DNA of 60,841 nt, filler included, from Nemertoderma westbladi (GCA_032718475.1; 3 parts of 3 records of this genome joined end to end with filler, not necessarily neighbours in it), one strand, 5' to 3'; counted from the whole stretch's first letter, positions 1-13,804 are shown. Notes: generated from the letters alone by a model not told the origin. Numbers and translations: made by a program.

Positions 1-299
1 TAATTCTAGAATTAATTTCACTGTTGCCAAGCAACCAGCAGGTCCCTCGCAACCAAAACCTTGCATACACAACTAAGTCCGATAATAAACCTACCATCAA
101 AGTTTCATCCAACTCCATCAACATTAAGTGCAAGAAGTTGTGTGTACAAACAAACACACATACAAACAAACAAGCGTGAGAAATAAGCAGATGAAATGAG
201 ATGAAATAATGAGAAATATACATCCATGATGGATCCGTCCAATTAATCATTATCTGCAATGCGTGCATTGTCTTACATTATCTGTAAAAGCCATCAACC

Positions 300-371
300 A
301 GCAGAGTGGCGCAGTGGAAGCGTGCTGGGCCCATAACCCAGAGGTCCGTGGATCGAAACCACGCTCTGCTA
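300..371 (+). tRNA. tRNA-iMet: Initiator tRNA-Met (CAT)
   Basis: AGCAGAGTGGCGCAGTGGAAGCGTGCTGGGCCCATAACCCAGAGGTCCGTGGATCGAAACCACGCTCTGCTA. A1-T72 pair, CAT anticodon and initiator-type T-loop GATCGAAA; near-identical to metazoan tRNAi-Met. Confidence 0.97.
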
Positions 372-378
372 GGTTCCG

Positions 379-383
379 TTTTT
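379..383 (+). terminator. RNA polymerase III terminator (T5)
   Basis: TTTTT run starting 8 nt after the tRNA end. Confidence 0.75.
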
Positions 384-958
384 GCTTATTATAAACATGG
401 CAGCCTTCAACCCTAAAAAAAGATAACAGAAATTAAGTTTCTATCTGAGAACAAAACCATCCTAATGTTGATTCTGAAAGTCCTAGTACATTAATCGTAG
501 CCTTATTATATACGGCTGCGAAATCTGTGGATGTAATGTAAAGCTCCGAAAAAACTTATTACATACAGTATACACTAGTTCCTTCCCGTTCCACCTAAAT
601 CATCCATGGCGTTCCCTCCCATTCTGTCGAAATCACCAACAACGTTCCTTCCTGTTCCACCTATATCATCCATGACGTTCCCTCCCGTTCCGACTTATCT
701 CACAGAGTTATTTCTTCGAGTTGTTTTCCTTTGAACTCACTCATTCTCCCCTCTGAAATCAAAACCATGAGTTTTGAAACTTGAGAAACCTCAATTACAT
801 CGCTATCCATCTATACATTGCTATACATGTATATATATATATATATGTACATGTATATAAGTTTAAATTAAGTAAAGAAAGTTAGGGAATATGACTGTAG
901 GGTGTGAGATCAAGTTGTTTTAGTATAATAATATTTTAAGATTTCAAAAAGTGACAAC

Positions 959-1150
959 TTATATGATCAATCACTAAAAATTTATTTTTTTATTATTAGC
1001 TTTCGATAGCTCTCTCTATCTTTTTCAAATAAACGATATTCTAGAATTGAATTTATTCTAGAATTCTAGAATATCGTTTATTTGAAAAAGATAGAGAGAG
1101 CTATCGAAAGCTAATAAAAAAAAATAAATGTTTAGTGATTGATCATATAA
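959..1150. repeat. Long near-perfect inverted repeat (arms of about 88 bp)
   Basis: TTATATGATCAATCACTAAA...CGATATTCTAGAAT mirrored by ATTCTAGAATATCG...TTTAGTGATTGATCATATAA. Confidence 0.9.
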
Positions 1151-1194
1151 TATGTACATGTATATATATAATATATAATACGTATATACGTATG

Positions 1195-2727
1195 GCTATG
1201 GTGACTGAGCCATCCTTTCTCATTTTCTTTCAGGCTGACTAATTGACTTACAGTGGCACAATACTTACGCAACTTCGTAGTTCTAATAAGTATTGGCTTC
1301 TCACACTTTAATTCAACTGCCAGGGCACCAAGTAAATCGCCACCTTGAATAACTTTCTATTATTCTTATACTTATTTATCATCTAAGCCTTCACAAAGAT
1401 AAAGAAGGAGTTGTCTAACAACAGGTTTGATTAAAAAGGGGACAGGTTGACATTGCTTGCCACGTAACGTATAAGGGACATTCTTTTAATGAGCTCCTTC
1501 TCTAGGGGGTCCAATACAGAAATAACTTCTTTCATTACAGTCTCAACCCTTACATTCCCCGGCTCTCCACCATCTTTGCGTTAAAAATAATTATCTGAGC
1601 TAGAACTGCTTCATGTACAGTACCTTTCGGTAATTTCGCATTTCTCTTGGAACGTCTAACAAATTATCAAGTCGAGATTCCAACACCTTATTAATTAAAA
1701 CAACATCTTTTGACAGTGACAACTCATCTCCTTTATTAAATCTTTCCTTCCGAATTTCGTATAATAATGCACGACTTGAAATTCTGGTGGACCAGTCACT
1801 ACTATATGCAATAACAAAGTCTCCAGCCATCGCCTTTAATACTTCGTTTCCGCATTTAACAGCTTCCACCTGTGTACCTGCTGTGATTTCAACTGACTTG
1901 AATAAGGAAATTCAGATGTTGTCACCTCAGAAACTATATTAAAGTTACGAGGGTTAAAAAGATCAGCAGCAACACATTATTTTATGTGGAACACTTCATT
2001 TGAGTGTTGATGCAACTTCTTTATTAAGTGAGCTAAGATACGAAGAGCTTGTTTAATGGAAGACAAGATTCGTCTCTATCTTTTTTCCACGCAGTTTCCG
2101 ATCAGCATACAACATTAACAGATTATCCGATTTAATAACATCCAACTCATGTGACGATCTCATTTCTGATAATAGTCTCCACAGATCATCATTGTTTGGA
2201 GGAACTTGATGCATCATCAACATCTTATCTACGGTAAGCGAACCCTTGTGAGTAACATTTTCTGGTCTTCGTGTGCACGTCTTTGTATGAACAGCCAGAT
2301 GGTATTTTCGGTAGGTACCATAACAAAATTGGCATGTAACAATCATCTCCTCACTGGTTGAAGAACCTTGCTACAATCACTACATACATTACATAAAGTT
2401 AAACACCCAACACCGTGTTTCAGAACATCTTTATTATGTTCAAAGTTCCCCCTATTTCTCAGGTGATCTACTGTATAATTTCCATTCTGTTTTTAATCAA
2501 CTTTAAATCATTATCTGATCCACTATTCGGCGGTTTTATCATCTTGAAGTCAAGGTTTTCATCAATTTCCTGGCGAGCTTCTTCGCAAGATGTTTATCTG
2601 GATGTTTTAACTTGAAATGTCGAATTAAATTTGACTGTGGTATCTGGCAATAAAAACTCCATTGAAGCTTTACAGTAGAATCAGTTTTACACACTGTTAT
2701 ATTCGAAGTTGATGATGGCGTAGGCAT
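1195..2727 (-). pseudogene. Degraded tyrosine-recombinase (Crypton-like) element ORF
   Basis: Ordered motif fragments across frameshifts: FYCQIPQSNLIRHFKLKH, DHLRNRGNFEHNKDVLKHGVG, CQFCYGTYRKYHLAVHTKTC, WSTRISSRALL..RFNKGDELSLSKDV, LRGKQCQPVPFL and TTKLRKYCATVSQLVSL. These resemble the metazoan phage-integrase-like family (LRNKGNF.HN / RGKR.R.VPVL / STKLRKHIAT). Confidence 0.75.
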
Positions 2728-4944
2728 GACGAAATCATAGTCTCTCTTGTTTTCAACTAGGGATTCAGTTGAGGTTGCTTCTCTTATTTGCCGTAAATGG
2801 AAATTTCCTTAAGTCTCTAAGTAGCTACTTGTATTACTGGGAGGCACCAACTGATAGCATAGCTATAGTAAGTGTTGGTTCCCAAGAGAAAGAGTGTGTG
2901 TGGGGGGGGGGGGGTGTCTTATCATTAAAAAATTTGGAAGTTGTAGCTTGAGTTAAACATTCGGTCACTGTCTAATGGCGTTGGAATCCCACTTCCCGGT
3001 GAAATATTTTTGGTAGTAGGATTGGTAGTAAGCCATTGGAGGAGACAGTTCATGGGTTTAGTAGACACGGACCTTTGCGCGATTTTGCGCTTGTTCATAC
3101 TCATTTTATAAACTTTACTTTATATCATATACACAATGATCCGTAATGACACAGACCCCCCCCCCCCCCCCCCCCCCCCCATTACAGGTCTCTAGGACGT
3201 TTACAACAGCCAACAGCTAGCTGTCGATTACACTAACTAAACCTGAAAATTTAACCAACCGCTGTACCAACAGCTGTTGGGTATAGGTAGACTCAATGGC
3301 TGAATGGAACATTCGCTGCATGGCAGCATGGTAGGTACTGACCTGCTGACCCCCGACTGTGGACGGTGACGGTCTGAACTCTGAAGCACTGAAGGTAGTC
3401 TGGTTTCTCAGTTTTTGGTTTTGGTACTGGTTGCTGGTCACCTGGCCTGGTCCTGGCCTGGTAGTACGGGTAGCCTACTGTAGTAGTAGAAGTAGAGTAG
3501 AATAATTCCTGAATTCTGGAATTAACAGATTACTGGATTAAGTGATTGCCAGAGTGCACATACTGACATACTGACTGGCTGACACACTAAAATTTGGACA
3601 TATTTATTTTAGGCCTACTGCAGTACTGGCCTCCCTGCCTGCAGCGTTGCAGGCAGACCTATCTGCCTGTTCTGCTGTTACCGCTACCGGCAGCTGGGCA
3701 GTGGCGGCAGACCGGTAACAGGCCGCAGGCCCCTTTCCTTTCTGCCTTTTGCAGTTTTGCTACCACCCTCGCCCTACCTGCCTAGGCCTACCGCTAGGAC
3801 CGCCTACCGGCAGACCGGCTGACCGATACTGATATATTTGAGTCAGTGCCGTGCCGTGTTCTGGTAGGGTTTACCCTAAAAATAACAAACTTTTTTTTAA
3901 ACTCAACTTTTACTGTTTTAGACTGTTGGAGTTGGCCCCTGTCTCGGCGCTCGGCCTAGCCTGCCAGCCTGTGGCCTGCTAGCAGCCTGGGCTACTGCAG
4001 TACTGGCAGACTGGAATAGGTTTGGAAATTCTGAAATACTGAAATATCAATGGCAGCCGCAGCCTATTTCATATTTGGAATATTGACAAAAAGCGCGCCA
4101 CACGGGTTCTGGCAGTCTGGCTGTCTGGTAAAACGAAAAGCGCGCCAGCCATCATGCAGTCATGTCATGACATTCTGACATTCAATGCGCGCGCGCCAAC
4201 ATTCACCAATAAATTTTGCAATTATTAGGTAGGCCTACTGCCAGACTGCATACTGTCTGACTGCAGGACTGTATTATTGGCCTATACCTATTGCCTATAT
4301 TCCTGTATTCAGATATTGTAATAATTTATCAATTTATACTGCAGCAGACGTGCAGACCTAGGTGATCTGCAGTATTATAACATGAAAAGGCGAGCGTCGC
4401 GGGCAAAGAAATTTTGCAGAAATATTACGATTAATACCCTACAGTCAGACAGTCAGTCGGTGAGAAGTCAAAAATTGGACTTCAAGTCCAATTTTAGACT
4501 TCAAGTCCAATTTTGGACTCCAAAGTCCAATATTGGACTTTAGTACAACTCTAAGTGTACCCATGCTGCCATACTGTATATCGGTATTTCAATCAAAACT
4601 GCATCCCGTATCAGTACATATATATTACATAATTACAATGCAACATCATTTTAATTGTCAAATTAATTATTATAAGTATTATAAGCAGGGATCGCAGATC
4701 GCACACGTACAGTCAGACATCAGTAGTTACTTTTTGCGGTAGTGGTATGGCTTTGCGGTAGCCTTACTGCCTTAGTGGTGTATACCGCAGTAGCGGTAGT
4801 TGAGTTATAGCTGTATAGTTCATACATACCCATACCTGTGGTATTTTCGTATGGCAAAAATAAGACTACTGTAAACTGTAACCTATCGCTATTATGTTAT
4901 TGAGTTAATGTTTATTGACTAATTGTTTTGATTGGGTTCACTGC

Positions 4945-5303
4945 ACACTGTGTCAAGTACAATGCACACATCTCCAACCAGACACTATATAACATTGGAT
5001 GTTGGAGGTGTCTCATTAGTTCCCCCAAGCTTGACACTAGAACAAAGCCGCCTCCGCTTTGCAGGACATTGCTTTCGTCATGAGGAGGACCAGCCAGTGC
5101 ACCTCATGGAGTAAATAAGCATGGTGGACAGCCCATGACTTTCTTGAGACGCATCTTTCAGTCTTTCTTGTACTGTCTCAAAGGACACTGGCCTTGAAGA
5201 TGCGGATGATCTGATAGCAAATGTCATGGGTGATAAGGCTGTAAGAGTGTAAGGGAGTTGTGGAGGCGCACTTCTGTCAATAAGCCGGCACAGCATTCTT
5301 AAT
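4945..5303 (+). mobile_element. 3' fragment of RTE-type non-LTR retrotransposon (copy 1)
   Basis: LEQSRLRFAGHCFR..DQP motif typical of the RTE-clade ORF2 C-terminus; second copy at 47033-47357. Confidence 0.7.
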
Positions 5304-5643
5304 ATGGCCTATATATATAAAATGCAGCTGCAATGCAGCATGCCGATTGCTGGATTGTAGTTAGTAGTATGTGGTGATAGGGCTAAAGTCAAAAGTGGCC
5401 GTTTATTGTTTTAGTTAGAAAAGCCTGCCTCTGTCTGTCTGTAACCTGTCCCTTTCCCTCCATTGGTTTATGACGTGTGTTTCTTCTGTAGGCTACTTAT
5501 TATTAGGGTTCGACCGGAGCAATTTTATTTGCCGGAGCCGGGTACCGGACCGGAGCAACCTAAAAGTGCCGGAGCCGGGGCCGGAGCAGCATTGTTTGTT
5601 ATTTAGCCTTGAGTTTGCCGTAATTAATTTTGCAGATAGCTCA

Positions 5644-5682
<39 letters not shown>

Positions 5683-6158
5683 CTCTTTACTGCTTTACAT
5701 AATCAATTAACGGATATCTATCTGTCTATCTAGTACAGTAGTACGGTAGTAATAGCATAGATCAGATCTACAGACTGACAGACCTATACCTGTATAGGCC
5801 TACTGATATACAGATATAATATAATCTATATTATATATACGGCCATTCGGGTTCTGCCTGACAGCTGGACAGCCTGGCCGATTTTTCTAGCTAACTGGCA
5901 GACTGGATTGAAATGGAACTAATTCTGTTACTGCAGTACTGGTAGCAATTAACAGATTTAAGTTAGGTCTTGTAGTCTTATGGGTAAGTGGAAGACTGTC
6001 AGACTCATAGGCCTACAGCTGTACAGCGAAAGACAGTCAGACGACAGGACAATGCAACAACAATAGGCAGATAGGCCTACAGTCTTTAGCCTACGGCCAT
6101 ACTGTACTGTAGGGTTCGACCGGAGCTATTTTTTTTGCCGGAGCCGGGTACCGGACCG

Positions 6159-9011
6159 CCCTATTGAAAAGTTTTATTTTCTGCGCCGAGCGCGGCGCCG
6201 GGTGCCAAAAATCCTGCGCCGGCTCTGAGCAAAACCACGCCGGGTGCAAAAAATCCTGCGCCGGCTCTGTGCAAAACCACGCCGGGTGCAAAGAATCCTG
6301 CGCCGGCTCTGTGCAAACCAACGCCCATGCCAGGTGCAAAAATACGGCTCTGTGCAATGCAAAATGCTGCGCCGGGTGGAAAATAAAACATAAAATCTGC
6401 CTGTTATACTGTACAGTACCTGTAGTTTATTCGGTTATCTATAATACTGCAGCTGCACTAATCAATCCGAGTTTACTTAAACGAACGAAAGTTGTGGGTG
6501 GGTGAAATGAAAATAAGGATACAGAGACGGAAAACCTTAATAAAGACAAATGCAACAAGTACAGTAGGTACGTTGTTATATTCCATAATTGTAACATTAC
6601 GAAACAACTACTTAAGAAACACTGCATGTAAATTTTTGTTGTCAAGTAAAGTGTACATTTTTTGAAATTACTCAAATGTTACAATATGAATTATAGAAAG
6701 AATATTAAAGACTACTTCAGTTGGCCTACAATAGTCCTTGTATTTATGTACTACGTTCTACTTTACTACATACTACGTAATGTGGTCCAGTATACGTCTA
6801 TGCTACAGATACGGTATGTGGTATGTCTGAATAAATAATGACTAGCTGTATGTTATGTTATGTTATTAATATCGCCAGAATAACAATAAAATATTAATTT
6901 TTGCACATGTACATACACGTCAGCACGTACAGTAGATTAAAATAAAATGAACACATATCTGGCAAAGTACGCTAATAAGCGTATGTATGTACTATTGTAA
7001 GAAAAATACGGATAATGGTATTCAGGTAAAATTAGTAAAATATTTAAAATTATAGTTTATTTACAGTACAGTTGGTGGATATTAATTATTAAAAAAAATG
7101 ATATTACAGTAAAATTAAATTAAAAACCGGCAAAGCATACTTACAGTAGGTTCAAGGGCTTCAACAACATACAGTACTAAAGGCAAACATATTAATAAGG
7201 ACAAGTTTACAATACTCTATAGGATACAACACAACAATACGTAGTTATACAGAACATAAATTTGGTACCGTAGGTATGTCGCATAAGTAAAATATTACTG
7301 CTGAAATAAAACGCGCAAAGTAAAGTAACTACAAAAGATAGGAAAACAATTAAACATAAAAAAACACTATTTTAAAATTTAACACAAAAAAATGTTTTTT
7401 GGGATTGAAAAAATGAAAATAATAGGTACTGTAGCTTGATTTTAATATCGTTGTATCCGAAAGATATCGCTTTCGCTACTGCCACTTGGCGCACAGGAGT
7501 ATCACTATATTCATTTTAAGGGACATTTCGCAGTCTAGTCTATTTTTGAATATGCTCAATCATGGAGTACCAAGGGTATTACGTGCATTAACAACACTTT
7601 CCGGTAATGGTAAAGGATTCAAAATGTTTACAACGCTGTCTGCAAAGTTGTTGCGTGTTAGCATTGGTGGAGTTAGGAACGAAACTGGAAGAAATTATTT
7701 CGCTCAATTTTGTCAATCCCGTTGATAAACTTGTATGTTGTTATAAGGTTGGCTAGTACACGGCGATATATTAGTGTCGGTAGTTTGAGTGCAAGTAGTC
7801 GGTTTTCATATGACAACTCAGCCAGCGATAGTACAACTGTACAAGGCGAGTGACCACACGTTGTTGTACTTGTTTAAGACGTTCAATATTTATCATGTCG
7901 GAGGAATGGCGAACAAACAACTGTGTCGTATTCAAGGAGAGGCCGACAAGGGATTTGTATAACAGGGTCAGAGGGTAAACATCGGAGCTTCCAAATATGT
8001 AAAAGTTCTTCGTATTAAATGTACGACTCGCATGGCGCGGGCTGCAGTCTTTGTGCAGTGAGCTGTGATGCTGTGAAGGACAAGTCTGGTGTAAATGTAC
8101 TTCCAAAATCACGTTCCTCGGTTGCCGAGAAAAGTGTCCGTCCATTCATTGTGTAAAACGTTGCTTGGGGATTTCTAGAACCTAGATGCTTGCATGACCT
8201 TGCACTTGGAGTCATTGAACTGCAATTTCCAATGGTTACACATGTGTGTCGGTAATAAATTGTTTCATTATCAATAGTGCCATTGCCATAGTATAAGTCG
8301 TTTTGTTTTATTCACTGTTCAACTTATTCTGTCTGCCTGTTTTATTATATGTGCAGTTTTATTTATACGCTTCTATGACAGCGGTGTCTCCATCCAAATA
8401 ATATAATATAATATAAATATAGCTTATACTATACAGCAATATTAAGTAAATAAATAAACTGACTATGACCAATAGCAATAATGACTGATCAGCTGATAGC
8501 TGGAACTGTGATAGCCTACCTGCCTGCCTGCCTACTGCATAACAGCATAAGGTTAAATACGTAAATAAATGACCAGTTGCAGTCAGCCAGTGCTGCAGTG
8601 TGAGTTTCCTTTCTGCCTCCTGCATGGCCAGTTGTTATTGTGTTGCTGTGCTGTTGGTCTGATGAACGCATGTCTGCTGTCTCAGTCTCACTGTGCACTG
8701 TCTGCCTGGTGCTAGGTTCGGCTGATTTCTGCGCCAGGCAAATATGTACGCCGGGTGTGCTGGGCTGATTCCTGCTCCGGCGCCGGGTCAATTTCTGCAG
8801 CGTCGACGCCGGGAATATTTCGACGCCTGCTGCGCCGAGCGCAGCATCTCTACCATTGGCAGTGCTCCGCCGGCTACGCCGGCGTAGCACATCTCTGCGC
8901 CGACCCTTCCGGCTCATTGCCCGGCGTAGCACATTTCTGCGCCAGCTCCCGGCGCAAGTTCTAGTGCTGCGCCGAACGTGCTCGGCGTACATGTAAAACT
9001 TTTCAATAGGG
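6159..9011. mobile_element. Element C: non-autonomous TIR transposon inserted in the left end of B2
   Basis: 18-bp TIR CCCTATTGAAAAGTTTTA / TAAAACTTTTCAATAGGG. TSD CCGGACCG (6151-6158, 9012-9019); the empty site is visible in B1. GC-rich CTGCGCCGG subterminal repeats at both ends. Confidence 0.9.
7560..8230 (-). mobile_element. Degraded 3' fragment of CR1-type LINE ORF2 inside element C
   Basis: TEERDFGSTFTPDLSF, LLYKSLV and NIERLKQVQQRVVTRLV resemble the CR1 motifs EERDLGV..DL.F, LYKSLVRP and IE.LE.VQRRAT. Confidence 0.75.
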
Positions 9012-9771
9012 CCGGACCGGAGCAACCTAAAAGTGCCGGAGCCGGACCGGAGCAACATTGTTTGTTATTTAGCCTTGAGTTTGCCGTAATTAATTTTGCA
9101 GATAGCTCAGGCAGTCAGGGGGGGGGGGGGGGGGGGGGGTCTTTACTGCTTTACATAATCAATTAACGGATATCTATCTGTCTATCTAGTACGGTAGTAA
9201 TAGCATAGATCTACAGACTGACAGACCTATACCTGTATAGGCCTACTGAGTACTGATATAATATACCGGTAATCTATACTGCTATATTATTTTATTTATT
9301 TTATTTATTATTTTATTATTAACACCTCATATATTATACAATTATTAATAGAGGGAGAAAATCACCAAGGTTAAAAATTAACACTAATAGGTGAAAGACA
9401 ACACTAAATATCCTACAACTTAATATTAATCGATGTACAATACCGACAACTAACAATATTGCATGAATAGTCTCAGTCTAAAAAATATACAGTAAAACAT
9501 TAGTGTGACATAAAAACAAACATTAAGAAATGAATTTGATATAATTAAATTAGCCTACAGTAAGAAAATTTGATTTCCAACGTCTATGCAGTCCAGTAAA
9601 ATATAGTAAGACAACATACATTAAAATCGACTTGGCAGTCCAGTAAAACTTGTCCAGTCTAAAAAATAAAATACATACAGTATAAAAATACAGATACAAA
9701 TAATTACAATACAATACAATACAAATACAAATTACAATACAAATAATTGTCTAAAAATAATGAAATAAAAA

Positions 9772-12581
9772 TTATAACAATCGATTAAATTTACAATAGG
9801 TTAGTAGATTTGCCTCCTTCAATCTAGACGTAAAAATATCTTTGTTGGATGAGTTCACTATGTCATCCGATAAATTATTCCAAATTGAAACAACTCGGTT
9901 ACTAAAACGAAATTTACTAATTTGGAGTCTAGCGTGATATTGAAACAGTTTAAAATCATGACCTCTTGTGTTAAGTGTACTCGCACCAGTGAAAAAGGAA
10001 TCAAAATCCAAATCAACACAATTGTGAATAATGGAGTATGTCATTTTTAAATCGAAAATTAACCTACGGACTTCTAGAGGTTGTAAGTCCAAAAACTGCA
10101 AACACTCCATGTAGGTTATATTACCTAGTCGGCATCGAGCAAATAACCTACGCGTGAAATAACGCTGGACTCTTTCGATCAGATCAATGGAGCCCAGTTG
10201 GAAAGGGGACCATACGGGAGTACAATATTCTACCAGCGGCCGAACGTACGCTTTATATGCCGTTAATAAAGCTTTTACATTACTGGTATGGAAGCACCTA
10301 AAAATTAAATTTGCGATCTTAAAACCTTTAGCAGCTTGAACTTTACAATGTCGATCGAATTTTAAATTATCGCTAAAAGTTACGCCTAAATCTCTACATT
10401 CTGTATCGGGCTTAAGTAACCTACCGTTAAGAAAATATTGTTTCGGGACATCTATTTGTTTACTCACCAAAATGAACTACAGTGCACTTGTGAGCCGCTA
10501 TAGTAAGTTGCCATTCGGCTGTCCACTTCTCCAGACTATGAAGTGCTGCGTGAAGCAAATCGCTATCAGATGAACGCGCGTGTATTTTTAAGTCATCTGC
10601 AAATAGATCACAGGAAACGTTTTCTAGTTGTGCAGGAAGATCGTTTACATATAGCAGGAACAATAGCGGCCCCAGTACACTGCCTTGTACAGTACCAGAT
10701 ATAACCTTTACAAATTCCGAGGTACTATTACCAACAACTACACATTGTCTACGATCACTAAGGAACGCACCAATCCAAAGTAATAAGTTACCAGTAATTC
10801 CGTAACTAGCTAATTTGTGGATCAATTTATTGTGCACAACCGAATCGAATGCTTTGGCTAAGTCAATGTACACCACTTCAACTTTATGGCGAAAGTCTAA
10901 TACCTTAAACCATTCGTTTGAACAGGTTAAAAGCTGGGTGCATGTGGATCGACGTTTCATGAATCCATGTTGCGCCTTTGTTATAATTTTATTCGTTCGT
11001 AAGTAATCAGCTAGTTCGGATTTAACACAGAGTTCCATTAGCTTGCACGCTACACAGGTAAGTGAAACTGGGCGGTAATTGTATGGGTCAGTGGGGTTGC
11101 CCTTCTTAAATATCGGCACAATATTTGCAGTTAACCACACAGTAGGTAATGCATGAGTGACAAACGAGACATTAAATATAACAGACAACGGACTACATAA
11201 ACAACGAGCTAACTTAGAATACATGAAGCTAGGTAAACCATCTGGAGTATTACTCACTTTCGCATTAATTTTACGAAGTATAGTATACACGTTTAAGGGA
11301 GACAAATTGATTGTTGATTTACTAATATTATTAGGCACTCTATGATTAAAAATTGGTAGTGTCATTATCTAATGTAAAGTTTTCAGAAAAAACCTGAGAT
11401 AAAATTTTGGACTTAGTACAATCATCGACAACAGTGTCCCCTTTAAATTTCAAGGGTGAAATACCAGATCGGTTGTGTCTCTTACTGTTTACAAATTGAA
11501 ATATTGCATCCGGCTTTCCAGAACTAAGCACATGGTTTTCACGAATGCATTCAGCTCTAAACGCCGCTCTCGCAGTGGCTTTAGCACAACGTTTGTATTC
11601 AGACATTCCATTTATGGTGTGTCTGCGGCGCCATAATGCTTTTTTATTTTTCTGAAGTTTTCTCACATAGGCCGGTAACAGCTTAGTTCTGGAATTGACC
11701 TTGAACATTTTAAATGGCACAAATTTATCAATACCAGATTTTAGTGCATCACTAAGAACAGACCAGTACTCATTAACAGTATTACAATTACCAAACGCAT
11801 TTCGAAAATTATTACGGTCAATAAACTTTGAAAAATCTGCATAGTTAGCGTGTCTAAAATCATAATAACCTAATTTAAGTTCAATTGACTCTGTCTGATT
11901 AGGTGACAAAATACTAAAACACACACTAGAGTGGTCGCTAGTGGAAAAGGGCGTTGTGACAAATACATCAGAGATAAACAAATCATCTGAAGAAAAAACT
12001 AAATCTAATGTGTTGTCAAAGCGTGTGGGTTCATGTTGCAATTGAGTTAACCCATTTTCTAGAGAAAAATTAGCAAATAAATTATATAACTCGGTATCAG
12101 GATGATCATAATTTTTCCAATTCAACGACGGCAAGTTAAAATCGCCAAATATAGCTACGGGATGTTCAGTATCACATAGCTCAGTCAGGCAGCGACATAA
12201 ACTCTAGTCTTTAGCAGAAGACCATGATTCCGATGAAGTCTGGGGTCGGTATACACACACCAACCTAGACGGCGTATGTCCCACAAGATCCAAGGCTACA
12301 ACTTCAAGATGGGTAAAGTCATCTTTATCAAAAACAGATTTTATCTTAACGACTTCTATTCCCTTCCTTACCAAGATGGCAACCCCTCCTCCTGTAGTAC
12401 CCGAGCGATCCTGTCGATAGACATTGTAGTTCTCGCCGCCATTTATCATTCGATCTGTGAAGGACTCCATCATCCACGTCTCCGTAATTCCAACTACATC
12501 ATATTTACCCTCCTTTAGAAATAAATGCAGTTCCGGCAATTTATTTCCCAAGGACTGCGCATTAAAGACGGTACAGTCCAC
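9772..12581 (-). pseudogene. CR1 ORF2 (endonuclease-reverse transcriptase) with one stop and two frameshifts
   Basis: FNAQSL, VGITETW, GGGVAI, GDFNLP, LDLVF and SDH (APE); NYRPVSLT, QHGF, YIDLAKAFDSV, QGSVLGPLLF and LFADD (RT); YVRPLVEYCTPVWSP. Stop near 12204; frameshifts near 11350 and 10465. Confidence 0.93.
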
Positions 12582-13804
12582 GAATGGGCGGACGCGACTT
12601 TCTCCCTGTTTCAGTTTCCCTGGTTCGGTACGGTGGTATCTCGAGGTGTGGGAGGGACTGAACGAGGTGAATCCGATCCCGTTCCCATTCCCGATGCTCC
12701 GTCAAACTGAGAAGCTGGGGTCGATGTGTCGGTGTGGTTAGGAATGGGGGCGGCGGGGGGCAGCGAATTTAATCGAGCTGCGTTTTTAGGGCGGGATTGT
12801 CGACGGAGGAACGCCTGTTTGGACTGTAACTTAGTTAGATCATTGTCAATAAATATATGACTGGTGTTGGTTGACTTATTCAGTTTTACTTTTTCTTTAA
12901 GAACGCGAGACTTGCAGTCTATATTGGTAGCCTGAACAATAATCATTGACGATTTATTCTCGTATTGATGGCGCCGATATAGAACCTTTTCTACACAACC
13001 CTCGATGATCCCCAATCAGTAAGGGAAAATACCCCGAATTGGGGTACAGCTCTATACCCAGAATCGGTGTTATAGTGGAAAATAGTGACACCGATTCGAG
13101 ATTTTCAGTAGAAAGCTATACCCCGAATTGGTGTTCTACTAGAAAATCTCCAGGCAGCGGAAAAAATTAGGTATACCCCGAATCGGGGTATAGGAGTTAT
13201 TTAGTTCCCTGTGAAATCTGTAAAGTGGAACCTGTCAATCAATCATATTATGATTACAATGGCTATTCTTCATTGGCACTGGCTGACTGAGTGCCGATTG
13301 GCGCTATATTGTGTTTGTGTACATATAATACTGTAATATTATGGCGCAATTCCTGGTGTTAATTTTAACATACGATTCTAATAAATGACTCTTGTCACTA
13401 AAAGTGTTGTAAAATAAAATCAATCCTGAGTTAATTTCATTTTACGACTTTATAGATTAATTAATTATTGTGTACCTCTGGGTAGTGTATTATGTTAGGC
13501 CTATCAAAGCAATTCATAAAAATTAAAAGTAAATAATAATTAATTAGAAAAACTATCTAAAAAAATTATATTATTATTATTACATATTTGTATTTCCTGT
13601 TAGCCTACTCTTCTTACTGTCTTCTGGTCTTAGCAGAATAAATCTATCGAATAAATCTATCTATAGCTATCAGCTAGGTGCTAGGGCCATAAATCTATCG
13701 AATAAATCTATCTATAGCTATCAGCTAGGTGCTAGGGCCAATGTCAATATGTACATACATACAGCCAATATTGTGCACATACATACTTACATAAGCCTAC
13801 CTAC

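Noticed and set aside
6091-6505. Overlapping ORFs with repeated peptides (also 8516-9166 and 17675-18407)
   Set aside because: Translations of GC-rich subterminal repeats of MITEs B and C; no protein homology recognised.
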